Below, in pieces: positions 40,358 through 53,055 of a DNA stretch of 64,000 nucleotides (its first letter is position 1; each line of letters begins with the position of its first letter). Below the pieces are notes generated by a model, which saw only the letters and a list, made by a program, of their open reading frames with translations, was not told where the DNA came from and ran no database searches. The stretch is from Sphagnum compactum (lineage: Eukaryota), in the NCBI GenBank assembly GCA_965153455.1, contig OZ234494.1, positions 8,742,001 to 8,806,000 on the forward strand. The letters are read 5' to 3'. Position numbers and translations under genes: made by a program.

Positions 40358-42465
40358 ATGGCTGGCATTTCGTTAGCCACGTCGTCTTTCAGTATCTCCA
40401 ATTCTTTGTCGTTGGGTAATGAGTTCGGGAAAGAGTTTCTAGGCGGTAGAGTGCAGGCGACCAGCAGCAGCAGCGGTGCTGTCGTTGTCAAGCTCGGGAA
40501 GGGGAAGAAAGACTGGGTGCCTACTACAGTAATAGCAGCAGCTGCGGCTACAGTTGCTTTTGAGAGCGACACGCCGGAGCTGCGCAGCACGGTGCCGCGG
40601 TTGAGAGGATTATATGAGCAGAAAGTAGTGCCGTCGCTGAAGGAGGAGTTCAAGTACAGTAATGTCTTTGAGGTGTGCAGGATATCTGTGTCTCAATCTC
40701 TTGCATGCGTGTTTTGAGAATCAATCAATGCTCTTTGATTTGTGCCTCTTGGGTTTAGGGTTTAGGTTTTCTCATGGGTGTTTTTTGGGTCATGTGGTAG
40801 ATACCACGAGTGGAGAAAGTGGTGGTCAATTGTGGGATAGGGGAAGCCTCTCAGAATGCAAAGACTCTGGAATCTACAATCCGAGACATCGCACTGATTA
40901 CAGGCCAAAAGGCAGTAGTCACTCGCTCCAGGAAGGCCATAGCTGGCTTCAAGCTGCGACAAGGGGTGCCTGTGGGAGTCTGTCTCACACTGCGCGGGGA
41001 GGTACTTCCACCAGCTTCCTCTTTCCAGAATTTAATTGATTTTCCAATTCCTGCACAATTATACAGCACTGAAACAATTTACTGTGTGGGTCAGCCTCAA
41101 AAAAATTCTTGCAGTATTGCCTGTTATATGGGCATGCTCCCTAACCCACATCTGAGACATGTGAACAGCAACTCATAGAAGAATGAATCTCCTTACCTCA
41201 TTGACACCAATTCCTGAGAAATTTTTTGGTGTCTCCAAGGGTGAGGCAGAAGGAGGTTGGTTCTCAGTAATCCCCAGTAATACAGCTTTTGTGAAAATTT
41301 AAATATTGCACAACACAGGATTATGTTGCCTTTGGCATAGTTGACTTCATTTTATTTCTCAAGAGCATGTGAACTCAATGGTCAAAACCATATTTTTGTA
41401 TTGAAAGCTATGAGGTAAGAAACAAAGAAAACATAGATTATGATGGATACCAAAGCAATCTCTCTGAAAGAATCTGTTTGATGCCAATGACAGAAGTTGG
41501 ATTCCTAGATATAAAGTGAAATGCCAAGCCTGCCTTCCAATGTTGCCCTTGGCACAATTGACTTTATTTTATTTCTCAAGAGGATGTGAAGATAGTTTAA
41601 GAGAACCATACTTCTGTGTTGAAATTAATGAGCAAAAGCAGATTATGATGGATACCAAAGTGAGAACAGAAAGTACAATTTCATGTCAAAGTTGACTGGT
41701 AGGCAAGTCATGGTGGGTGGGGCAATCCATATTGTGCATCAAGAGGAGCCCAACATTTTGTTCCATGGTTTTTGGAGGAGTGACTTATCTCATGCCAAAT
41801 ATGTCTTTGCAACCTTCCAACAAATTGTTTGTACATTCTTCTCCTTTGATCTGGATATCAGTGTTGGTAACTAGGTTCCATATCTTATATACTGTGCAAT
41901 GAATGGCCTTCTTCTTGATTACTCCAGAATGCCCGAGGCATACCAAAAGGAATTGGTTAAGGGGTGATGTTCCTTAGTATGTGGCTGAAGTCTTTTACAT
42001 CAGTCTTTTGACTGCACATGGGGTTATGATATTTGTAACTAGGGTAGGGTTGAGGGTGTGGCGATGTTCCTTAGTATGTGGTCATTTACGTCAGTTTTTT
42101 GACTGAGAGTTGATTGCTGAATGATGCAGGTCATGTACTCATTTCTGGACAGGCTGATGAACTTGGCACTCCCTAGAACAAGGGATTTCCAAGGAGTGAA
42201 CCCCTACAGTTTTGATGGGAGGGGAAACTACACACTAGGTTTGCCTGAGCAGAGTGTGTTCCCAGAGATTCGGTTTGAGAACATTGACAAGGAAAGGGGC
42301 ATGGACATCTGCATTATTACCTCAGCCAAAAATGACTTGGAAGGCTTAAAGCTACTCTCTTTGATGGGCATGCCATTCCGAGAAGCTGGTGGTGGAAGGA
42401 CATCTGCTTCTGCAGCAAAGAAGAAAACCAGAGTGACATTCAGGGGCAAGTCAAAGCGAAGGTAG
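40358..42465 (+). CDS. RPL5: Plastid 50S ribosomal protein L5 (uL5c) with transit peptide, 283 aa
   Basis: Exons 40358-40672, 40801-41001 and 42130-42465 are GT-AG and in frame. Peptides: [70 protein letters not shown]. Confidence 0.96.
40751..40766. promoter_or_regulatory. Telo-box (GGGTTTAGGGTTTAGG) in intron 1 of plastid RPL5
   Basis: Motif seen directly. Telo-boxes are known to be enriched near plant translation-apparatus genes. Confidence 0.55.
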
Positions 42466-44555
42466 ATATTATCTCAGCTTTTGCTGAATTTTTAAGATGG
42501 CAAAGTCTCAAACTGATCCAATCTTGTTCATCCATAAAAGAAAATAAAAATTTGCACCCTCTTAGAAGAGGAAAACAAAAAGACATGGAAGTTTAGTATT
42601 TCTGAACCATGTGATTCACAAGCACATTTCAAATCTGTAAATAAATTTGTTTTTGCTTAACTGCCAGTTCTAGATATATCATGCAATATTGTTCACAAGC
42701 CACCCATTCATTAAGCATTAAACTAAGTATCCACAGGTATTGGTTACAATTGCCTTCCATAAATAATTCATAATCAGTGTTGCCAGACTTCATAACCCTA
42801 TACAGTAAATTTTATTTTTCACCATGGTGATTAGACATTAGATGTTTCAGCCAAATTTGACTCTAAACAAAAGATGAAAGTAAAAACACTTCAACATTCA
42901 GCTATATTGGTGACCTACCTGAACCTGAGATAGAGTCTAGCAATTTATTTTATTTTTTGGAAATTTGCTGATTAGAAAACCCCATAAATCACTTACCTGG
43001 TATTCAAGTGTACATTGGGTGGGAAAATAGCAGATGCCTACTACCTATGCATGTAAAGCCACTAGCTTATGATAATCTATGTTCTGAAATATACCATAGG
43101 CTAGGTAAGGTTATAATAGCTTCATTTATGCTTCATGTTGAAATTTGAACCTCAGTCTAGGCATAGAGGGTAGGAATTGAGTGAATCCCCATATCATCAA
43201 GCTCTACTAGTAAATCACAGAGCTCTCAAGATCATGGTCTAGTATGGTGTTTAGAAAACAACAAAAGGTTCTTGGTAGTAAAAAATATTTACATTGATGT
43301 GAGATAGTGGTTTTGAATTGCAGAAACCAGAAAATTTTTGGTACCAACAAGGTATCAATTATGAATAGGTGATCACTGTGACTTGCAAACTGAAATGTGA
43401 TATAAAATGGTATGTCAATGCCTCCACTGCTCATATATGATCTAGTACCTATTGATTGTTCTGAACTTGCAATGTTCTTGTGCATGTTTTTTCCCCGGAA
43501 CACAACAAAGTTACTGAGCATAATTGAAAACAACTTGGAATGGAACATGAAAGATCACAAGGAACAAGGAATGTTAGAAATCAAAGAATTCATCCCCAAA
43601 AAAAACAAAAACAAAAAAGATGTGTCCATGCTAAATGAAGCACTCAATTAACATGTAACACCAATCCTAAACCTTTGATATCCACTTGCTAATACCTGTG
43701 GACACAAGAGAGCCCTGCATGGAGAGGCCTGGTTTGACACACAGGAATGTGAACCCTAACCCTTGGCTGGTAGGATTTTGAGGGGGCCTTGAGGGAACAC
43801 GATACCAAACCACACAGGCATTGGGGGTTTTAGAAAAATATAATACTCTGCAGGCACTGCATGTTATACCCATGTCTATAGGGTGGCATTCACCCTCTTA
43901 CATCACATATACCCAGGTTTATACCCATACATCACCTCAGTGCAGAGAAGCAACACTCTCAGTGCACCACCCACTACATGCCCACAACGACTCAGTTCAC
44001 TACCATCATGGTTAGCTAGGGAACTGGAACCCAACAGAAACCTGCTTCCTGACTACTCACTGTCCATCCATCCTTCATGTTGTGCTGGTGGGTGCTGGTT
44101 CACTCTGGCCCATCAGTAGTGGTTGAAAAAGCACTTAGTACCGATGATGAAACAATGCAAAGCTTTCAGGACTGTTGGAGAGAGACAGGTCTGGCTCTAC
44201 TACAAGGTGATGGTCCAAGCTCCAGCTGCAATTTCAATCTGCATATTGATGTGCACCAACTCCAGCACAGGACTGATGGCAACCCAAGGTAACATGGGTC
44301 TATCCATCATTGAGCTCCAGGTACTTGATAGACCCAATATTGATTTACACCAACCTGAACTTTCATGTACTGAACTTTCTTTGGATTCCTAGACTTGGAA
44401 GTTGGAAGTCTTCAAAAAAGTCTTGCAAAGAGTTGTTGGTCAATAACGGCAAGTTGATAGATTAGGATCCAAGATTTGGTAATCAGAATACAATCGTTTT
44501 ACTCCAAATTCTGATCACCATATTTGTGATAGTCTATATATCGGGTGGTATACAT

Positions 44556-45078
44556 CAGTGTTGGCCAGTTATTTCAATTTTAATGACTGCTGGGTAAGTT
44601 TTTTTTTTCTTCATTTTTTTTGGGGACCGTGCAGGTTATTGATATCGAATTTGTATTGAGTGCTGAGTAAGTTTTCAAATGGGTAGGTTTTTTTTTTTTT
44701 TTCCTTTTTTGGGGGGGACCATGCAGGTTATTGATATCAAATTTTATTGAGTGCTGAGTAAGTTTTCAAATGGGTAGGTTTTTTTTTTTTTTTTTTTTTA
44801 AATTTTTAGGGGGACCACGCAGGTTATTGATATCAAAATTTTATTGAGTGCTGAGTAAGTTTTCAAGTAACCACTTGAGAATCAGCAGTCAGACACCAGT
44901 TAAAAGGTTTTTTTTTAATTTTAAATGAATTGTTTTCTGTTCTTTATTTTTTATTGGTATTTAAAGATTGATAATCTACATGGATGATAATCAGATCATC
45001 CAGGTAGGATATTCATTATGAATAGCTGGCTGGTAGGTTATTAATAAAAGGTCAAAACCCAATTACTGGCCAACACTG
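44556..45078. mobile_element. hAT-type MITE with a perfect 8-bp TSD and an internal triple tandem repeat
   Basis: GTATACAT|CAGTGTTGGCCAGTTATT ... AATTACTGGCCAACACTG|GTATACAT. The GGGGACC..GCAGGTTATTGATATC...GAGTGCTGAGTAAGTTTTCAA unit occurs three times at 44620-44866. Confidence 0.95.
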
Positions 45079-45677
45079 GTATACATTATACACCTCCTCC
45101 TACATCACATTGTGACAAACCACATTACATGAAGAAAATGTGGTTCAGGAGATGTCATTTGTGGGATATCCTTATAGAGTTTCAAACTTGTCGTATATCG
45201 TTTATATTTCTGCAAGGGGCATACACCTAGATAGTACTTCAAGTTGAGAATTAAATTGAGAATTTGTGGCATGAGATTTTTGGTGCATTAAACAAACATT
45301 CTACCATCTAGTTGCCAAAGATATTTCAAAACCAAAGGAAAAAAACATTCAACAATTCACTCACCAGACATCTTTTAAAACCCAAGAAATTAAAATGTAA
45401 TCAACTTTACTTGCCAAAAATTCAAATTGATTTTTCATTGAATGGGGTGTTTCAGATTTTTCACTCAAGTTTTTTTCTTCCCACAATTGTGCACATATGT
45501 TCTTCACAATGTTGCATGCCTCTACTTTCACAAGATTCACAAAATCACAAAAATATAGCTTTACCAAAATTATTCTTCGCTTTTCAAGAGGCAAGCCACA
45601 GGCTTACACATAGACCCGCTCACTAAGCCACAGGCTTACAAAAGCTCCAAATCAAGCTCACTTAAGAAAATTCAGTC

Positions 45678-45845
45678 ACATGCTAAAATTAATCTTTTAT
45701 CAAATTATAAATCAAGGTTTCAGCCACATGTTAAATTTAGTCTTTTTTCAATTATAGATCAAGGTTTCAGTGGCATGTTAAAATTAGTTTTTTTATTGAA
45801 TCATAAGTTGAGGTTTCAGTTGCCTGTTAAAATTATCTTTTTTGT
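45678..45845. repeat. Short tandem repeat (~48 bp, 3-4 copies)
   Basis: CATGTTAAAATTAGTCTTTT...AAGGTTTCAG recurs. Confidence 0.75.
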
Positions 45846-46311
45846 GGAATTAGAAATCATACCAGCTCTGCTAGTAAAAGCTGCTAGGTGTTGCATACAG
45901 TTGATTTTATTTATTAGAAATGGGTCAGGCACATGAGGAAAAATCAGTGCCTTCACCCCATGTAGTGTGTACATACAAATTAGTCACAGCCCAGAACATA
46001 TCCACTGAACTTAGAAATCTGCTTCATATTAATACCTCAGTTTTGTCTGATGATCAGATTCTGGTACTCCCATTAGAACCGACACCTATGACACAAGCAA
46101 ACACTGGACAAATTACAGTGGGTTTATTGTTTTGAGTATAAGTGTAGATTGTTGGTCTACTGTACAAGTTAGTGTCTTTTTGCAATAAGAAAGTCTATAA
46201 GAAGAAGGCAAAGTCTAGTATATAGTCATAATATTCATCAGCTGGTGATCTTTGTTGCCGCAGAAGCTTCATCCTATAGTCCCAGGTTTTTAGGATCAGC
46301 AGGTTGCAAAG

Positions 46312-46700
46312 GGGTCATTGCTGTATCAAATCTGGTCACCTTTGCAGGATGGCAGAGATTAATCTGGTTGCCCACAGACAGCTGAGAGGGTTCATTGCTT
46401 TATCAAATCCAGTCAGTCACCTACAGACTGCCCAGATCAAATCCAGTCACCTTCAGATGGCAGAGATCAAATCTGGTCACCCACAGACAGCTGAGAGGGT
46501 TCATTGCTTTATCAAATCCAGTCGCCCATGGACCTTCCAGATCAAATCCAATCACCATTGGATGGCAGAGATAAAATCCAGTTGCCCACAGACAGCTGAG
46601 AGGTTTCATTGCTTCATAAAATCCAGTCGCCCATATCAAATCCAGTCACCTTTAGATGGCAGAGATCAAATCCAGTTGCCGACAGACAGCCAGGAGGTTG
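46312..46700. repeat. Compound minisatellite (ATCAAATCCAGTCACC / GATGGCAGAG / CAGACAGCTGAGAGG units) just downstream of the patatin stop codon
   Basis: More than ten ATCAAATC(C/T)(A/G)GT cores. Confidence 0.9.
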
Positions 46701-46838
46701 ATGAATTTTATTGCAAGACAATAACGGCCACTAATGATTCACACAGTTAGCATGATTGTGATCTAGACTCTCGAACAGAATGTTAAGCACCCAAAAGAAA
46801 CATAGGAATCTGACTTGGGCAGCTGTAACATCAAACCT

Positions 46839-49800
46839 TCAAGAGAAAATCTCCAGAAAATTCGGCAACTTAGTAGGACTTTTGTAGCAGTGGGTGGTGG
46901 CATCATAAGAGGATTCTGATCTTGCTGGTGTGGACGGCATTGAGTATGAAGGCTCGGACCTCCAGTCTGACTGCCCCAAATACTCGGAATTATCACATGA
47001 AGAAGAAGAGTTGTATGAAGAAGGTGGTGGACTGTAGTAGTAGGTACTAACAGAAGACCCATAAGCAGGTTGTTCATATGCAGAGGCTCTCAGGACTGAG
47101 GTTCCATAACTGGGTTGAAAGTAAGAAGGAGATTTATGATGATGGTGGTGGAAGGAAGACTCATACACTGGGTCCAAGTATCCTTGAGATGGTTTTGCAT
47201 AAGAGGAATAGGATGGTTCATATGAGGAGTAGGAGTTGTAATCAAGTAAAGAACAGTCTCTGTAGCTTGCATGCTGCTGCTCCTCATAATCAGCACAAGC
47301 CTTGGGATCATAAGAACCGGGAGTGTAAAAGGATGTGCGCAAAGAAGCATGGGGATAGGTGACATATGCTGATGTCTTCACTTCACTTGCTTCCTCTGGT
47401 GCTGGTGCAGCAGCCTCAGCAGGAGGAGCAGCAGCATCTTCTGCTGGAGCTGTAGAGGCCGGTTCTTCAGTAGGTATGGCAGCAGCTGCAGCTGCTAATC
47501 TCTCCTTGCGCTCCTCTGAGAGCCATTCTGCAAACCTGTCCAGTAAATGCAGGTAGTTAGTTATATGTAGCTTATTGAGACTTTTATTTTTCTCTTGAGT
47601 TTAAAAAATTCAAAAAAAAACACAACACAACACACAGATGTTAGGGCAACTCTGCCACTGCTCAGTATGTGACCCTATAAATTAACATTGGATGAAGAAA
47701 AGTCAAATCATGCCGGTTTGGCTCAGCAAAATGGTTTTTGCCCAGCATTTTTTCACATTTTGCTGAGACTGGTAAAAGGCACTACAAAGCCTAACACCTA
47801 CCAGAGAAAAGAGTAATAAATATGATCTAACTGCTGCTCCCTGTTTCTGATTGACCAATCACAATGATTGGTGCTGTTGGTTTGCTATTAGTAGTCTCCC
47901 ACCTATTTGCAGTCCCAGTTTTAGTCTTATGGGTGGGGTTGGAAAAAAGTAAATAACTAAACTTGGATGTGAGAAATATTTTTGCAGGGTCACATACTGA
48001 GCACCACTGCAGATGCTCTTACTAGCATGACTTTAATAGTTTTTTGTTTGAGTCTTGACTTAGTGTGGGTAATATGAGAGCATCATACCTGTAAAGGGCT
48101 TCTCGGTTTGTTCCAGCATTTGGGATGGAGGTGAGCTTCCCAGTTTCAAAGTTGCGCTCCGAAACAGGCTCATCCAGTAGATGTTTTGCAAAGTTAATCA
48201 GTCTATATAAGCTAGCCGGGCTGGTTTCATCCACCCCTGCTACACGCCCCTTCAGATTATCCGACTGCAATTTTGAAACACAGACAAATTTAGTCTCATA
48301 ATATCCAATCTGTAAACACCCACCATTGCAATCTGAGGCTCCATCCACTTCACATGAATTCCTCAATCACAGATGGCAACCTGAGACCCAACTTGGCTAC
48401 CATACCCAAATCAGCATGCAATTTTTTTGGGGTTTTTTTCATTAGCATTTCAACAAGAAAATCTGATACCAATCTTCAAGGTTTTTGCACCCAACACCTT
48501 CATTGAAAGACAAATAAAGACCACATAAAATGAAGACTATTTTGGATTTTGTCCAGCACTACTGCTAGAACTGCTTTCACAGTATACTAATTATGTACCT
48601 GGATACGGAGGTAGTTTGTGCCACAACTCTGAGACTGAAAGATGGTGGAGAGGTTGTAGTCCACCATATCTGCACTTGCATTGTACACCATGTCCACCAG
48701 AGGGGCATCACCCTTGTTGATAAGCCAGTCGCGCACACCCCATTTGGAGATCTCCTTTGCACTGTATCCTACAGTTTGCTGTCCTGTGCCGAGAGAGAGA
48801 ACTAAGAGATCATTGTAATTCTGCACATTTTCCACAAGATTTAACAGTGGGTGGGTCATTAAGGTTAAAAAAACGCAACCATTAGACACTAACATGCTAT
48901 TGACCTAATGGGAAAAACGCAAACCGGCAACCAAAATTTAGAGCTTCCTTCAAAGCACTGCTCTTAATGTTTCCAACAATCACGAGCAATCAACAGCACT
49001 GTAACTCCATGATTCCCTTGCAATCATACTTGGATCCATTCATCAGCCTAAAGGCACCTATAAAATATATCACATTTGATCCCAAGGAAATTGGTATACC
49101 TATGACTACAAGCAAAAGCATGATACAAAAATAATGAAATTACTTTGTCAAGGTTGGATGTAAAGTAGGACCAAAACCCATCATAAAATTGTTGAACATT
49201 GAATGGTTTTCAGTTAAATGATCAAAGATAAAGACACTATCAAACACTAGATCACAGTTTGTTCTCGAAGCATAAGCTGAGTCCTCAGAACAAAAGCTTA
49301 ACCTTGTTGCCCAAGCCATCCACCAATTCAAAGTACTAATGGATGTCAATAATCTGACCTTGACATTCTCTTCTTTCCAAAAGTTAGGGTGACATGGGCT
49401 TCTGCGATATGTGAGGATGTGGTGATGTTGCAAGATCTCTTGCATTGCTGCAAATGGAGATCTAGATACACATGAAGATTATAGTCAAGAATCACTAACC
49501 GTAAATGTCACTCTTCCAGCAGCTTTGCCACCAGATTGCACCTCCTTAATCGCCTGGGTGATTGCCACATATGTCTGCCATAATTTCCATGCCAAAAAGG
49601 ACTTCTGAGCAAAGAATTGAAATTCCTCTGGTTCCAAAGAGAATGAGACTTGTCAAGTTCTTCCTACGTCTTCAGATAATCAAGCATCTGGAAACAAGCT
49701 TGAAGCATTCATTCAAGAGTGTTCAAAATCAATGAGTATTAGGCTTGGTGGCATCAAACTCTAGTCCAAAAATTCAGAAAAATCTTGTAAGGGGATGAAA

Positions 49801-51522
49801 GCATGGTATTGTAGAAAGGAAAAGTAATCTTCTCAAAATCCAGTCTAAAATGATCTACTAACTTTAGGGCCAGAATGTTGCTGGAGCACTTAGGGTTTGT
49901 CTGTCCTGATGAGAACTTGTGATCAGTCTGAGCTCTAAAAAGACCCCCCCCAAAAAAAAAAAAAGAAACAAAATAAAAGACCCAAAACCACAAGTTACCG
50001 GATTGTTGACAGCAACACCTCCATCAATCAAGTTGAACTCCCGAGAGGCATCAGTGGTGGAGTTTGTGAGTTTGAAATGCACTGGTGGAAGATATGTGGG
50101 AGCTGCTGCTGTTGCCTGACATACCAGCTTCAAGGGTGCATTTTCTAGAGGATCAAGCCTTGCCTGCAGAGTCAGAAAATGCACAGACAAAAACTTTCAC
50201 AAAACAAATGAGTGCAAGCTGACTTTTGGATCATACAAAGAAGATGATCCTCACTGAAGGTTGACAATCTTCTTCCCAAAGATTAGATCTGACTGTGTCA
50301 ATGTGGTCATGATGAGACATTGAAATCAGATGCTGATGATCAAAAGCAAACAATGTTATTATCAAGCTAGAAACTCGAAGAAGAATATGAACTTTAAAGG
50401 GAAAAAAAACAAGCAGCATGGGGACGAGGGTCCAAGCCCTGGGAGAAATTCAAAGATTGCGTTACAACAAACACCCACCCTCCATGAGGAGAAGAACACA
50501 GGCTGCTGCAGTTTGGTGTCAAAAGCAGGAATGACAACTGATGTGAGAGCTGTGCTCAAGTGCGGTTCGCCTGGAAAGTATTTGTTGAGAATTCTCTCCA
50601 GACCACTTGATTTGTATTTTGGACCATTGAGAGCTCTGAAGTTGAGACGACTTTCACTGAATGGTCCTCTGTGAACAATATTTATTTGCACAAAACAAAG
50701 CCCACAGATAAAATGTTTAGCTGATTCGGAATGATCCATCCCACAAGTGTTTCTTCTGGATCATATTCTTGATCAAGAGCAGCTTCATGTCATCATCAGG
50801 TCCTATAGGTGAAAGAAGTCTAGCTGTGGGTCATCAGTTTCTGCAAGCAATCTCTTGGTCCTTAAGCACTGGCATAAGATAGAAAACTTGGGAGGGAGAA
50901 AAGCTAGCTAGAAGAGGGAGTGATGATGATCAGCAGTAGAATTAGTTACCCTGTATGGGGGAAGATTTGAGCTGAATACCAAAGGTAGAACTGAACCACG
51001 TCCTTTGCGGTGCACACAGGCTTCTGCTTGTCGCTGTCGTCCAGAGGTGTAGTTAGCATGGATGTAATCAAACCCCCTGTGCTGGTGCCTGCTATCAGGT
51101 CGAAGTAGTCCACCAACCTAACCTCTGGCCCGTCCAACCTCTGCAAAATGCACCCACGGATGATCATGAGAACTTGGACCCTGCTGGCTCCTAAGACCTT
51201 GGGTGCTGCAATCAGAGTCTTATAAGGAGCCAAGGGCAGGGTGCCAACCTGATAAAATGTAAATAGTATAATTATGTGTCATTCATGTGTTGGTCCATAA
51301 CCCAAATTTTGTGCTATTCATGTGTTGGTCTATTATCCCAAATTTTATTCAGTTAAGAGATCATGACTAGTTATGGTTTAATCATACCTGCAGTTTGCCC
51401 TCGAGCTCTGCGAGAATGGTAGCGGGGATGAGGCCACGCACTCCACCCCCATCGATACTGAGAATTGTTAGCCTCTTTCCTCTGTTCCCCTTGGGCTGCT
51501 CTACCATGAAATCGGTCGGCAT
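46839..51522 (-). CDS. Patatin-like phospholipase A (pPLAII-like) with a long low-complexity C-terminal extension, 616 aa
   Basis: Exons: 51388-51522, 50950-51140, 50479-50668, 49999-50163, 49500-49574, 48599-48820, 48089-48264, 46839-47535, all GT-AG and phase-consistent. Motifs DGGGVRG, GTSTG, AAPTY, DGGVA and LSLGTG are intact. Confidence 0.93.
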
Positions 51523-51958
51523 TCTTCCGCCCCTTTCTGCTGCTGCTCCTCCTCCTCTTTCCACAGAAACAACCAGGCCGAGTCTAAGGATCAAAAGATG
51601 ATCAGCGAAGAGAATGAAAACTCGAAGTGCAAAGAATCGACGAAACCAGAGATTCAAGGCAGCGATCGAGCTGTAGAAGAAGAAGCTGTGCAGGAGCAGG
51701 TGGTGGAAACCAGATCACTAGTGCAGCCAGGCGAGTGCAGGCGAGTAACAGATCGAATCCTGTGCGTGCAGCAAGCGTGTGTAAGCCTATTTAAACAAAC
51801 TTATGTAAGAGGTTCATAGACCCTAGATAGATTTTATAATGTAACAGTTGCAGTCTAGATGCTTCTTCTTGAGTGAACTATGTTTTTTTTGGTCCTGTAG
51901 ATCACCACCGCCAAATGCTGTGTGCCTACAAACTTGGCTAGAAATTAACAGTCAGGCC

Positions 51959-52115
51959 CAGGGCTTTTTTTTTAATCAATTTTGTAATATCGAAAAATGG
52001 GCGAATTTTTCCCCCCAAAATTAGCAAAATTGGTCGAATTTTAGCTAGAAAACCAAAAACTTCCGAACTGTTTTGTCAACAACAAAGACATAATTTATTG
52101 GAAACAAAAGCACTG
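51959..52115. mobile_element. Small hAT-like MITE upstream of the patatin gene
   Basis: Ends CAGGGCTTTT and AAAAGCACTG. Flanks GTCAGGCC and GTCAGGAT (6/8) are a probable decayed TSD. Confidence 0.6.
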
Positions 52116-53055
52116 GTCAGGATGGCTACATGTGGGGGTGCCAATGTTTTTTGCGGGTGCGGGGAGGGCGGGGGTGTTTCTTAACCTGAAAAATCTGATT
52201 TGACCCATATAAGGGTTTTTGTGAAAAATATCCTAATTCGCCACATTTCTACAACAGGTTCCAACAAGTAGCCAAATATGTTCTTAAACTTTTCCACTTT
52301 CATATCTGATTTATAACCAAATTTGGCTGAAATTTCTTTGTGAATGATCGCCAATTTCGCTACATCTCAAAATCGAAAAACAGAAAAAGCAAACTGATCA
52401 GGGCGAGGCTTATTCATTGTGCGAATTTTCGCACTGTGGCGACAAAAAATTTGGAAATTTTCGGTTTTTTGCGTAAATTCGAAAAAAATGAAGATTATCG
52501 TCATGCCAGCAACCGCGAAACCGCATGCAAGTTTCCTCGCACGACCGTGCGCGCGAGTGCGTGGCGTGAACCCCAGCAAATCGTCAGAACTTTCTGATCT
52601 GCTGCTGCAGCTGCTTCCCACTGCCACGCACTCATGCATTCTGCAACAATTCTGTGCTTTCCCTTTCGCCCAGGCTGTGCCCCCGTACTCCTCCCGTCTC
52701 CCCCAGACAGACGCGCCATACAACGTCCATTCTAACCCCCCTTCTTCTTCTCTCCAGTTTAAGAATGCACATTGAGTTAGATGTGTGCACAAAGAAGATG
52801 AAAATTCTTCCCCCAATTTCCTCAAATATGTCGTTCACTCAGATTTACAGCAATTGGGGGCCTTTTTTTTAATTTTGTAGTTTTGAAAAAAAATTTGAAT
52901 TTCTCCAAATTTTTAGCAATTTTCTTTGAATTTACAATGAAAATAGATTCTAATTTCTTTGTCATCACAGTGAGAAAATTTCCCCCAAAAAAAAGCAATG
53001 CTAACACCAATCATATTTAACGATATCAATATGAACATACAAGCTGGGTAATTTT

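Noticed and set aside
43667-44392. Cluster of short ORFs in moderately GC-rich DNA between RPL5 and the patatin gene
   Set aside because: No recognisable domain or consistent exon structure.
46304-46750. 148-aa repetitive ORF, or a CRISPR-like array
   Set aside because: It is a translation of a minisatellite. There are no unique spacers and no cas genes, and the context is eukaryotic.
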